In this document: one piece after another, positions 1 to 8,680 of the stretch
How the letters are laid out: each line of letters starts with the position of its first letter
Position numbering within the stretch: position 1 is the first letter of the stretch
NCBI GenBank assembly: GCA_963768025.1
Contig: CAVYGM010000042.1
Coordinates: forward strand, 142,589-206,588
DNA from: an uncultured Cytophagales bacterium
Lineage (GTDB): Bacteria > Bacteroidota > Bacteroidia > Cytophagales > Spirosomataceae
Direction: 5' to 3'
Length of the DNA stretch: 64,000 nucleotides
Position numbers and translations under genes: made by a program
Notes under the pieces: model-generated
What the model was told of the DNA's origin: nothing
Seen by the model: only the letters and a program-made list of their open reading frames with translations
Database searches by the model: none

Positions 1-1
1 C

Positions 2-1189
2 AAAGATCCCATTCAGCTACGCAAGCAGAATTTCATTCCCGCCTTTGATGGGGTCAATCAGCCCGGCTATCAAACGCAGGTAGCCCTGCAATACGATTCC
101 GGCAATTACCATGGGGTGGTAGATAAGGCCATGGAAATGCTGGGATACGAGGAATTCCGGCGGATGCAGAAGGAGGCCTCCCAAAATGGCAAACTGCTGG
201 GTGTGGGCTTCTCGACTTACATTGAGGCCTGCGGTATTGCGCCTTCGGCCGTAGTAGGTGCGCTGGGTGCCCGGGCCGGTTTGTACGAGTCGGCGCAGGT
301 GCGGGTGCAGCCTACGGGCAAAGTGAGCGTGTACTCGGGCTCGCACTCGCACGGGCAAGGCCACGAAACTACCTTTGCCCAGATTGTGGCCGATAAGTTT
401 GGCATCCCGATGGAGGACGTGGACATCATCCATGGCGACTCCGACGCGGTAGCCTTTGGCATGGGTACCTACGGCTCGCGCAGCCTCGCGGTAGGTGGCT
501 CGGCTATTGTAAAAAGCATTGACAAAGTACTGGAAAAAGGAGCCAAAATAGCCGCCCACAAGCTGGAATGCTCGGCGGATGACCTCGAATTTGCCGAAGG
601 AAAATGGACCGTAAAGGGTACCGACAAATCCATCAGCTTTGGCGATGTGGCCCTGACTGCCTACGTGCCGCACGTGTACCCACAGGGGCTGGAACCCGGC
701 CTGGACTTCGCGAGTTTCTACGACCCCACCAACTTTACCTACCCCTTCGGCTGCCACATTGCGGTAGTGGAGGTAGATAAGGAAACCGGGAAGGTGAAGC
801 TGAATCGGTTCATTGCCGTGGACGACGTAGGGAACGTCATCAACCCTATGATTGTGGATGGACAGATTCACGGCGGGCTGGCGCAGGGTATCGGACAAGC
901 GCTGCTGGAAGGTACTATCTACGACGAGAACGGTCAGTTGATCAATGGCTCCTACATGGACTACGCCATGCCCCGCGCCGACGACCTGCCTATGTTTGAG
1001 CTGGGTCGTCAGGAGACTCCCTGTCCGCACAACCCGCTGGGTGTTAAGGGCGCCGGTGAGGCCGGTTGCATTGGCTCTACTCCGGCCGTCGTAAACGCAG
1101 TGATCGACGCTTTATGGAGCGGCGGGCACAAGGTCAAGGACATCATGATGCCCCTGACCCCCGAGCGCGTATGGACCGCTATGCAGTAG
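2..1189 (+). CDS. Molybdopterin-binding large subunit of a xanthine-dehydrogenase-family / aerobic CO-dehydrogenase-like enzyme (CoxL-type), C-terminal about 395 aa; the 5' end lies outside the window
   Basis: The frame is open from position 2 and the ORF ends at 1189. The translation (…[24 protein letters not shown]…[21 protein letters not shown]…) is typical of the MoCo-binding subunit of CoxL/XdhA-family proteins. Genes for a CoxM-like FAD subunit, CoxD and CoxE follow. Confidence 0.85.
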   Translation, partial: KDPIQLRKQNFIPAFDGVNQPGYQTQVALQYDSGNYHGVVDKAMEMLGYEEFRRMQKEASQNGKLLGVGFSTYIEACGIAPSAVVGALGARAGLYESAQVRVQPTGKVSVYSGSHSHGQGHETTFAQIVADKFGIPMEDVDIIHGDSDAVAFGMGTYGSRSLAVGGSAIVKSIDKVLEKGAKIAAHKLECSADDLEFAEGKWTVKGTDKSISFGDVALTAYVPHVYPQGLEPGLDFASFYDPTNFTYPFGCHIAVVEVDKETGKVKLNRFIAVDDVGNVINPMIVDGQIHGGLAQGIGQALLEGTIYDENGQLINGSYMDYAMPRADDLPMFELGRQETPCPHNPLGVKGAGEAGCIGSTPAVVNAVIDALWSGGHKVKDIMMPLTPERVWTAMQ

Positions 1190-1309
1190 TGACCTACGGT
1201 AAAGGAAGGCTGATTGAAAAATTGTATTAGCCTTCCTTCAATCATACACCCCGGCAAGGCTAACAGCTAACCACCTAATTGCTAACCCCCTAACAAGACC
1301 TAAAAAACC

Positions 1310-2149
1310 ATGATTTCATACGCATTTGATTACGCCAGACCCGCTACGGTGGAGGATGCCCTGGCCCAACTGGACGACGACGCCAAGATTCTTGCTGGCG
1401 GACATAGCCTCATTCCAGCCCTGAAATTACGCCTGAGTGCACCCGGCAAGCTCGTGGATATTGCCCGCATTCCGGCGTTAAAAGGCATCCGGCAAGATGG
1501 CGACGAACTTGTCATTGGCGCAGCCACCACTCACAAGGAAATTCTCAGTTCCGATTTGATTAGAGAGCACCTACCCATGTTTACCGAAGGTGCCGCCATG
1601 ATCGGTGACCCCATGATCCGGTACAAGGGTACCATTGGCGGTAGCATTGCCCACGCCGACCCATCAGCCGACTGGCCCGCCATGGTGATTGCCGCGGAGG
1701 GAACCGTGGTGGTACAAAATAAGTCGGGCTCGCGTTCCATTGCCGCCGACGACTTCTTTACGGGCTTCTATGCCACGGCTTTGGAAGAAGGGGAGATAAT
1801 CATCGAAATTCGTTTCCCGGTACCCACCGAAGGTACCCGCATGACCTACCAGAAGTTTACGCAGCCCGCCTCCCGTTTTGCCATCGTGGGCTGCGCCGCC
1901 GTACGGAAGCCTGATGGCTCCGCACGGGTAGCCTTCACGGGCGTAGCCGACGCCGCCTTCCGCGATACGGGCGTAGAGGAAGCCGTGGGCGACTGGTCCG
2001 AAGCCGCCATCGAAGCCGCCGCCGCCAAAACCGCCGAGGGCGTGCAACTCAACGTAGACCACTACGCCTCCGAAGCTTATCGCCACCATCTGGCACGTGT
2101 CTATTGCAAGCGAGCGCTTGTAGCGTTCAATTATAGAATGAGTGAATGA
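1310..2149 (+). CDS. FAD-binding medium subunit (CoxM/XdhB-like) of the molybdo-dehydrogenase
   Basis: 279 aa ending …YRHHLARVYCKRALVAFNYRMSE. The …ILAGGHSLIPALKLRL… region is the FAD-binding PCMH-type fold of CoxM/CutM. It sits directly after the large-subunit gene. Confidence 0.85.
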   Translation: MISYAFDYARPATVEDALAQLDDDAKILAGGHSLIPALKLRLSAPGKLVDIARIPALKGIRQDGDELVIGAATTHKEILSSDLIREHLPMFTEGAAMIGDPMIRYKGTIGGSIAHADPSADWPAMVIAAEGTVVVQNKSGSRSIAADDFFTGFYATALEEGEIIIEIRFPVPTEGTRMTYQKFTQPASRFAIVGCAAVRKPDGSARVAFTGVADAAFRDTGVEEAVGDWSEAAIEAAAAKTAEGVQLNVDHYASEAYRHHLARVYCKRALVAFNYRMSE

Positions 2150-2258
2150 TAGAATTGAGTAGAATATTTTAAGTTCAGGAGTCGATGAGTTTAAAGTAGA
2201 TAATAAATAAAAAACTGAGTCTTTCAATTTTATATACTCATTAACTTTCTATCCATCA

Positions 2259-2295
2259 ACTCTATTCACTCATTCAATCTATCATTCAAAATTGA
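2259..2295 (+). promoter_or_regulatory. Leader cassette ACTCTATTCACTCATTC-N8-ATCATTCAAAATTGA immediately 5' of coxD, including its putative TTG start; a second copy sits at 3924-3964 in front of coxE
   Basis: 17-nt and 14-nt identical blocks in both copies. Each ends in AAAATTGAYC, with TTG in frame with the downstream ORF. Confidence 0.5.
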
Positions 2296-3170
2296 CCCCT
2301 ATGAACCTCACCCACATAGCAGACTTATTAAAAACCCACGGCTATATCACGGAGCCTTCTGTGACGATGGCGGTGTACTTGTCCATGCAGTTGCAAAAAC
2401 CGCTGTTGATTGAGGGTCCGGCGGGGGTGGGTAAAACCGAGATTGCGAAGGTAATGGCGCGGGCCCTGGATACGGACCTCATTCGTCTGCAATGCTACGA
2501 GGGACTCGACGCCTCCCACGCTCTGTACGAGTGGAACTACCAGCGGCAGTTGCTGCACCTGAAAATTATCGAAGCGCAGGGTACCTTGCTCCAAAGCGGC
2601 CCCGATCAGCCTATCGAGGAAGTAGAAGAGGAGATTTTTAGTGAGAAATTTCTGATGAAGCGCCCACTTTTGCAGGCCATCACGCACCACAAAGCGCCGG
2701 TGCTGCTGATCGACGAGGTAGACCGCGCCGATGAGGAGTTTGAGAGCTTTCTGCTGGAAGTACTCTCCGACTGGCAGATCACCATTCCTGAGATCGGCAC
2801 CATCCGGGCCACGCACATCCCGCAGGTGATCGTGACGGGCAACCGCGTACGTGAGCTATCGGAAGCCCTGCGTCGCCGCTGTCTGTACTTATGGATCGAT
2901 TACCCTGATTATGAAAAGGAGCTGGCAATTGTGAAGGATAAAGTACCCGGAATTTCGGAAAAACTCGCGACGCAGATCTGCCATTTTATGCAGGAGCTAC
3001 GCCAGCTACGTCTCGAAAAAACGCCCGGCATTGCCGAAACCCTCGACTGGGCCACCGCCCTTGCCGCCCTGCATTTTGACCATCTGCCCAAGGATATCAT
3101 CGAGCAAACCCTGGGCGTGATCCTGAAAGACTGGAAAGACACCCGCACTGCCCAGCTATCGCTGACGTGA
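2292..3170 (+). CDS. MoxR-family AAA+ ATPase (CoxD-like maturation factor)
   Basis: Walker A motif GPAGVGKTE, conserved MoxR core, position after coxM. The start is assigned to the TTG at 2292 inside a leader that is duplicated in front of coxE (see findings). An ATG at 2301 is an alternative. Confidence 0.8.
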   Translation: MTPMNLTHIADLLKTHGYITEPSVTMAVYLSMQLQKPLLIEGPAGVGKTEIAKVMARALDTDLIRLQCYEGLDASHALYEWNYQRQLLHLKIIEAQGTLLQSGPDQPIEEVEEEIFSEKFLMKRPLLQAITHHKAPVLLIDEVDRADEEFESFLLEVLSDWQITIPEIGTIRATHIPQVIVTGNRVRELSEALRRRCLYLWIDYPDYEKELAIVKDKVPGISEKLATQICHFMQELRQLRLEKTPGIAETLDWATALAALHFDHLPKDIIEQTLGVILKDWKDTRTAQLSLT

Positions 3171-3243
3171 GCTGTACGAGAAGATGGGGATTGTATCGAA
3201 GCTGGATGCGTTGTAAATTTTCTCACTATAATTAGTTTGCTGC

Positions 3244-3816
3244 ATGGGACATATCGCAAACAATCTTTTTATTATCCTGGGCATTTATTACACAGCTATG
3301 TTATCTGTGCAATGTCAGCAATCACACAAGCCTACAACAAGCCCGGAAGACACACGCATTGATTTTAAAAAGATTCTTGAAAAACAGCCTGAGAATACTG
3401 AATACGTCAATTCTTTTAAAGCGGACTATATCGTACTTGATGGAATACTGATTAATCCTGGTATAGATTCTTTTACAGCCACAAAAATCATAAGAAACTA
3501 TCGTCTGAAAGATTTTGAAGAGCTTACTAAAATCGGAGTTCTACATCCGGCTAAGTCTTATGAATTTCTATACACGGAACCATCTGAACTGTACAGATAT
3601 GCCTACTCGAAAATCAGGAAAGCCATTCCTTTGCAACTTCTGGATATGCAATTTCCCCTCTTCATAGATGGACAGATAATTCCACTTAATAAAAGTGTCA
3701 TGGCTGATAAGTTGAACCGAGATTCCATTAGGGAAATTGAATTTTTAACAAAATCTTCTCCCGAAATCAGCGGTGATAGTACCGTAGTATATGGGGCGAT
3801 AAAGATTATTTTTTAA
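3244..3816 (+). CDS. Hypothetical protein encoded in an AT-rich insert between coxD and coxE
   Basis: 190-aa ORF in a markedly AT-rich 0.8 kb segment (3171-3960). No recognisable domain. The N-terminus is hydrophobic, and a shorter start is possible. Confidence 0.35.
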   Translation: MGHIANNLFIILGIYYTAMLSVQCQQSHKPTTSPEDTRIDFKKILEKQPENTEYVNSFKADYIVLDGILINPGIDSFTATKIIRNYRLKDFEELTKIGVLHPAKSYEFLYTEPSELYRYAYSKIRKAIPLQLLDMQFPLFIDGQIIPLNKSVMADKLNRDSIREIEFLTKSSPEISGDSTVVYGAIKIIF

Positions 3817-3923
3817 TTTCTAGTAGTTCTTCCAAAACGTATTATTAATCTATTTAACAAACTGTCCTAATGACAGCTGTGGCTGAGCTAAAAACATATT
3901 CATTGAGTATGGTCATCATCCAG

Positions 3924-3964
3924 ACTCTATTCACTCATTCCGACAATCACTCATTCAAAATTGA
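3924..3964 (+). promoter_or_regulatory. Second copy of the coxD leader cassette, directly 5' of coxE and containing its TTG start
   Basis: ACTCTATTCACTCATTC-cgacaatc-ACTCATTCAAAATTGA. Confidence 0.5.
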
Positions 3965-5172
3965 TCTCCCGCCCTACCGACCTCACCGACAACATCGTAG
4001 CCTTTTGCCGCTACCTGCGCGCCTACGGCTTCCGCATCGGGCCGGAAGAGGAGGCTACGGCCCTGCGGGCAATCACATTGATTACACCCAACGACCGCAC
4101 CAACTTTGCCCTGGCGTTGCAGGTAAGCCTAACCCGCTCGGTCAAAGAGTTGGAACTGTTCGGAAAGCTTTTCATTGACTATTGGAATGAATTGGAAAGC
4201 GCGCTCGACAGTAAAATCAAGGACGATGAGCAAAAAAAAAACAAGCAACAGGGCAGTACCCAACCCTCCTTCGACGCCCTGAAATCATGGCTGAATGGCA
4301 ACAAGAATACTCAGGAAACCGAAACCGCTACTTACTCGCCCGTGCAGACGCTGGGGCAGCAGGATTTTTCGCTGATTCCCGCCGACCAATTGCCCGAATT
4401 GGAACGCCTGCTGCGCGAGGTATCCCAAACCCTGGCCCGTAAGCTGAACCGCCGCCACGAAAAAACGATCCACGCCCGGCAGTTTGACCTCAAAAACACC
4501 CTGCGCCGCAACCTCCGCCGGGGCGGCGAACTCCTCGAACTTTCCTATAAGCGTCCCCGCCGCAACCGTATGCAACTGGTGGTACTGGCCGATGTGAGCA
4601 AGTCCATGGATCTGTACAGCGCTTTTCTGATTCAGTTTATGTACGCGTTTCAGAATGTGTTCCGCCGCATCGAAACCTTTGTATTCAGTACTGAGCTGCA
4701 CCGGATTACGGCCGAGCTAAAACAGCAGAATTTTCAGGAAGCCCTCCAAAAGCTGTCCGAACGCCAAACCGGCTGGTCGGGCGGGACGCGCATCGGGCAG
4801 AGTCTGCATACTTTTGTGAGCGAGTACAGCCGCCTGCTCAACCGCGAAACCATCGTGGTGATTCTGAGCGATGGCTGGGATACCGAAGACACCCATGCTA
4901 CGGATTTAGACAATCACACCCGTGCCACGGTTTTGAACCGTGGCACGGGTACAGGTACAGTTTTAAACCATGGCTCGGATAAAGGTACACTAGCCGAAGC
5001 CATGCAGCGCATCCAACAGAAGTCCCGCAAAGTCATCTGGCTCAATCCCCTGGCCGGGCAGCCCGGCTACGAACCCCGCACTGCCGCCATGCAGGCCGCC
5101 CTGCCGTACGTGGATGTGTTCGCCCCCGCGCATAATGTGGAGAGCATGCGGGCGCTCGGGAAGTGGTTGTGA
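3961..5172 (+). CDS. VWA-domain protein (CoxE-like), apparent TTG start, with an unusual in-frame palindromic insert near the C-terminus
   Basis: CoxE-like N-terminus (…FCRYLRAYGFRIGPEE…), VWA core with MIDAS-like …VVLADVSKSM…, and C-terminal …VIWLNPLAGQPGYEP…. The TTG start lies inside the duplicated leader. Confidence 0.8.
   Translation: MISRPTDLTDNIVAFCRYLRAYGFRIGPEEEATALRAITLITPNDRTNFALALQVSLTRSVKELELFGKLFIDYWNELESALDSKIKDDEQKKNKQQGSTQPSFDALKSWLNGNKNTQETETATYSPVQTLGQQDFSLIPADQLPELERLLREVSQTLARKLNRRHEKTIHARQFDLKNTLRRNLRRGGELLELSYKRPRRNRMQLVVLADVSKSMDLYSAFLIQFMYAFQNVFRRIETFVFSTELHRITAELKQQNFQEALQKLSERQTGWSGGTRIGQSLHTFVSEYSRLLNRETIVVILSDGWDTEDTHATDLDNHTRATVLNRGTGTGTVLNHGSDKGTLAEAMQRIQQKSRKVIWLNPLAGQPGYEPRTAAMQAALPYVDVFAPAHNVESMRALGKWL
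4919..4949. repeat. Perfect 14-bp-arm palindrome (cccgtgccacggtt-ttg-aaccgtggcacggg) inside the coxE coding region, followed by an imperfect direct repeat (gttttgaaccgtggc / gttttaaaccatggc)
   Basis: Read directly from the sequence. The reading frame stays open across it (…DLDNHTRATVLNRGTGTGTVLNHGSDKG…). Confidence 0.8.
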
Positions 5173-5211
5173 GAGAATCTGCCATCAGAATGCTGAGCAA
5201 ACAAATCATAT

Positions 5212-6172
5212 GAAAGCCATTGTATACACCCGCTACGGTGAGCCTAACGTACTGCAGCTCGAAGACGTACCCTCGCCGGTGCCCAAAGACGACGAAGTAC
5301 TGGTGAAAATACAGGCAGCCTCCGTCAACTCATGGGATTGGGATCTGGTGACGGGCAAACCCTACCTATACCGCCTTCTGTTTGGAATTTTCAAACCAAA
5401 ATACCCCATCATTGGCTCCGACATAGCCGGACGGATAGAAGCGGTAGGCAAAAAAGTAACACAATTTCGGCTGGGCGATGAGGTATACGGCGATATATCC
5501 GGTAGCGGATTTGGTGCTTTTGCCGAATACGTCTGCGCTCCGGCCAAGTTGCTGGCATTGAAAGTACCTTCCATGACCTTCGAGCAGGCAGCCGCTACTC
5601 CTCAGGCGGGGGTACTTGCTTTGCAGGGCCTCCGGCAGGGACAGCTGAGCGCCGGAAAAAAGGTACTCATCAACGGAGCCGGAGGGGGCGTGGGTACCTT
5701 TGCGGTGCAGATAGTCAAAGTAGCCGGGGCGCAAGTAACGGGTGTGGATCGTGCCGACAAGCTGGATATGCTCCGCTCGCTGGGGGCTGACCACGTACTG
5801 GATTACGGACAGCAGGATTTTACCCAAACCGGACAAACCTACGACCTGATTCTGGATATGGTAGCCCGGCATTCGGTGCCCGACTGCCGACGGGCGCTGA
5901 ATCCCGGTGGACGGTACGTTATGGTAGGGGGCAAGGTAGGTACTCTCATCAAGGCGGCAACCCTGGGCAGTTGGTCTAAGCCCGAAGGAAAGCAGGTCGG
6001 CCTTTTGGTGCACAAGCCAGAAGCGAAGGACTTGCAGGAATTGAATTTGCTTTTCATGGCTGGCACTGTGGTACCGCTGATTGATAAAATCTATCCGCTG
6101 CGTGATGTTTCGGAAGCGGTACGCTATCTTGGGGCGGGAAATGTCCGGGGAAAAGTCGTCATAACGATGTGA
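5212..6172 (+). CDS. Zinc-type medium-chain dehydrogenase/reductase (NAD(P)-dependent alcohol dehydrogenase / quinone oxidoreductase family)
   Basis: ATG at 5212 (MKAIVYTRYGEPNVLQLEDVP…), Rossmann motif GAGGGVG, and MDR family architecture. Confidence 0.8.
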
Positions 6173-6210
6173 CCTGGGTACTGAATAACAACCAACTTCC
6201 CATACCCGCT

Positions 6211-7473
6211 ATGAATAAACTTTTAGTACAGCTTACTTTGTTCCTGGGGATTGGCTTTTGCACCCTGGCACAAAGTACCCCTCCCATACACGTAACCTTC
6301 TTCGGCTCATCCGTTTGCTGGGGTACCGGAGCCGAAAACAACCACGGCTACGCCTGGCAGTTTTTTCATAGCGGGGCCCTCGATACCCTACGATACAAGT
6401 ACTTCAATGCGTCCACCGGGGGAGACAATACCCTCAAAATTGAAAAGGAAGATCGGCTATCCAAAAAGCTGTTTCCTACCCGACCCAACATCGTGGTGAT
6501 TGGCCTGTCACTGGGAAACGAAGGAATTCTTACGCCCAAGGACGACAACGGCCGGGAGCAGATTCTGGAACAGTACCGTAGCCGTTTGCTGGCCCTAGCC
6601 GACTCCCTCAATAGCTTGGGGATGAAGCCGATTATCGTCAATTGCTACTCCAACTCGAATTTTACGGAGGCCCATTACGAGATCACCCAGCGCATGAACC
6701 GGATCATCAATACCTGGGACTATCCGAGCATCAACGTGCTGGGGGCGGTGGATGATCTGACCGGAAAATGGGTAGATGGCTACGTACGAGATCCCCTCCA
6801 CCCCAACACGGCCGGGCACACCGAGATGTCCTACACCCTGGTACCGTCTCTGTTTGAAGCTATGCAGATAGGTAAGAGAACCCCCGCTTACGACTGGCAC
6901 CGAAGCTACGCCACTCTGCTAAACAAGAACAAAGTGGAAAAACCACTGACGCTTGACCTGACCAGCACCGTCCATTCCTTCACCCTCAGTTTTAGGTTCA
7001 AGGAAACCACCGACGGGAGCATGGCCGGCTTTATCTCCGGCAATCAAAACCACCCGATCGCGGTGTCGGGCCAAAGTATACGGTATAAGAACCTCAGCCG
7101 AGCCTTTTCCGCCACCCCCGAAACCTGGATGCACGTGGTACTTTCCCATAGCTTTGTGAATCAGAAAACGATACTATTCGTAAACGGTGAACCGGTCGGG
7201 AGCGTGCAGGAACAGCTCTCCCCCACGCAGGCATACTTCGGCGGCACGGCCCCGAAAACCGAACTGAAAGACCTGACCCTGCACCGCTCCGCTTTGAACG
7301 AGAGCGAAGCGCTCGATTTGTACAATAAGAAATTCATCCAATCCAGCCTGGAATACTACAATCCGCTTACCCGGCCCGTTACGGGGGGCGAGGTGGGTAA
7401 TGAGGCACAAAGCCTTTCTACCTTGAAAGTGGGCAAGGGAGTAGTTGTGGAGCATCAGCGCGTCGATTTTTAA
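6211..7473 (+). CDS. Secreted SGNH/GDSL-type hydrolase fused to a C-terminal concanavalin-A-like (LamG-type) domain
   Basis: Signal peptide MNKLLVQLTLFLGIGFCTLAQS, an N-terminal FFGSSVCWG block (GDS-like), and a C-terminal beta-sandwich-like region (…TILFVNGEPVGS…LTLHRSALNESEALDLYN). Confidence 0.6.
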   Translation: MNKLLVQLTLFLGIGFCTLAQSTPPIHVTFFGSSVCWGTGAENNHGYAWQFFHSGALDTLRYKYFNASTGGDNTLKIEKEDRLSKKLFPTRPNIVVIGLSLGNEGILTPKDDNGREQILEQYRSRLLALADSLNSLGMKPIIVNCYSNSNFTEAHYEITQRMNRIINTWDYPSINVLGAVDDLTGKWVDGYVRDPLHPNTAGHTEMSYTLVPSLFEAMQIGKRTPAYDWHRSYATLLNKNKVEKPLTLDLTSTVHSFTLSFRFKETTDGSMAGFISGNQNHPIAVSGQSIRYKNLSRAFSATPETWMHVVLSHSFVNQKTILFVNGEPVGSVQEQLSPTQAYFGGTAPKTELKDLTLHRSALNESEALDLYNKKFIQSSLEYYNPLTRPVTGGEVGNEAQSLSTLKVGKGVVVEHQRVDF

Positions 7474-7536
7474 GCTCCGTACTTTATTCATGTCCTGACT
7501 TAGAGTAGAAATTCAGGCTCATTACTCATCCCTTCT

Positions 7537-8466
7537 ATGCGCAAAATCGCAGGCTACCTACGCACCCACGTACGAGAAGACTTTGAGCTCAGATTGTACC
7601 TCAAAGTAGCCCTTTTTCTGACTACCCTCATCGCGATCAACTATACGATTGACCTCGAAGATCGGATCATTGACGCCTGGATTGGCAACCCCATCCGCAT
7701 CCTGTGGTACTTTTTGCTGTACGCCACGGCCTACTACGGAACCTTGCTCATCTGGGCGCTTCATTCTGGACAGATGCAGGTATTCCGTAATTCACGCGTG
7801 TGGCTATACAGCCTGTTTGGCCTGGCGGTGCTGGCCTGGGACGGCGGTTTTTATGGCTACCAGTCGTGGAGCAAACAGCTTTTCGAGGGACACATCTACT
7901 GGTTTGCGTTCTACGGTTTGTCCAACCTGTCGTCTTTGCTCACCGTGTTTACGCCCCTCATTCTCTTTTATTTCCTACTGGATGGGCAGCGCACCCATTT
8001 CTACGGACTTTTCAAAGCCCAAAACATAAGCCCCTATCTCCTTTTGCTGGCCGCCATGCTGCCCCTCATCGCCTGGGCCTCGTTCCAGCCCGACTTTATG
8101 AGTACCTATCCTACGTACCGCGATTCGTCGGCCAACGAATTCTTTGGGGTAGCGCCCTGGGTTACGGCTTTGGCTTTCGAGCTATTCTATGGCTTCGATT
8201 TCATCTCCACCGAGCTGCTGTTTCGAGGCTTCCTGATCATCGGCATGGCGCACTTGTTGGGCCGGGGTACCCTGCTGCCCATGGTGGTATGCTACGCCTC
8301 GCTGCACTTTGGCAAGCCCCTGGGCGAAACCATCGGTTCTGTCTTTGGGGGCTATATTCTAGGCGTCATTGCGCTCAACTCCCGGTCGGTTTGGGGCGGG
8401 ATTCTGGTTCATGTCGGTATAGCCTGGGCCATGGAGATCGCCGCCTGGCTGCAACTGACGCGTTAA
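7537..8466 (+). CDS. CPBP-family intramembrane metalloprotease (CAAX protease / Abi-type)
   Basis: Polytopic membrane protein carrying the signature TELLFRGFL plus downstream His motifs. Confidence 0.8.
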   Translation: MRKIAGYLRTHVREDFELRLYLKVALFLTTLIAINYTIDLEDRIIDAWIGNPIRILWYFLLYATAYYGTLLIWALHSGQMQVFRNSRVWLYSLFGLAVLAWDGGFYGYQSWSKQLFEGHIYWFAFYGLSNLSSLLTVFTPLILFYFLLDGQRTHFYGLFKAQNISPYLLLLAAMLPLIAWASFQPDFMSTYPTYRDSSANEFFGVAPWVTALAFELFYGFDFISTELLFRGFLIIGMAHLLGRGTLLPMVVCYASLHFGKPLGETIGSVFGGYILGVIALNSRSVWGGILVHVGIAWAMEIAAWLQLTR

Positions 8467-8680
8467 AGTGGTCTTCAGGAAGTACCCCCTTCTTTTTTTC
8501 TTTCATATACTTCTGCCAATCTCCCTGGTGGTCGGCCTTCCTCCTATTTGTCCTTTACCAAGAACCTATATCATTATTTAAAATTATTCTAAATAACTCT
8601 TTGAAATTTATAAACGCCTTTTACCTTTGTGAGACTATTTATAAAAAGTCTAAATAAATATAGATTAAACAAAGGTACGA

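Noticed and set aside
17-1030. 337-aa minus-strand ORF antisense to the CoxL-type gene. I treat the 217-462 and 1009-1257 minus-strand ORFs the same way.
   Set aside because: It overlaps a strongly supported conserved CDS on the other strand. Its translation is Gly/Val/His-rich low-complexity, typical of antisense frames in GC-rich coding DNA.
3870-4178. 102-aa ORF overlapping the coxE start.
   Set aside because: It is in an alternative frame to the supported VWA gene. The translation is Pro/Arg/His-rich and appears to be an artefact.
7800-8657. 285-aa plus-strand ORF in an alternative frame overlapping the CPBP protease gene.
   Set aside because: It lies entirely inside the well-supported 7537-8466 CDS. 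The translation is Arg/Pro/Leu-rich and lacks any motif.
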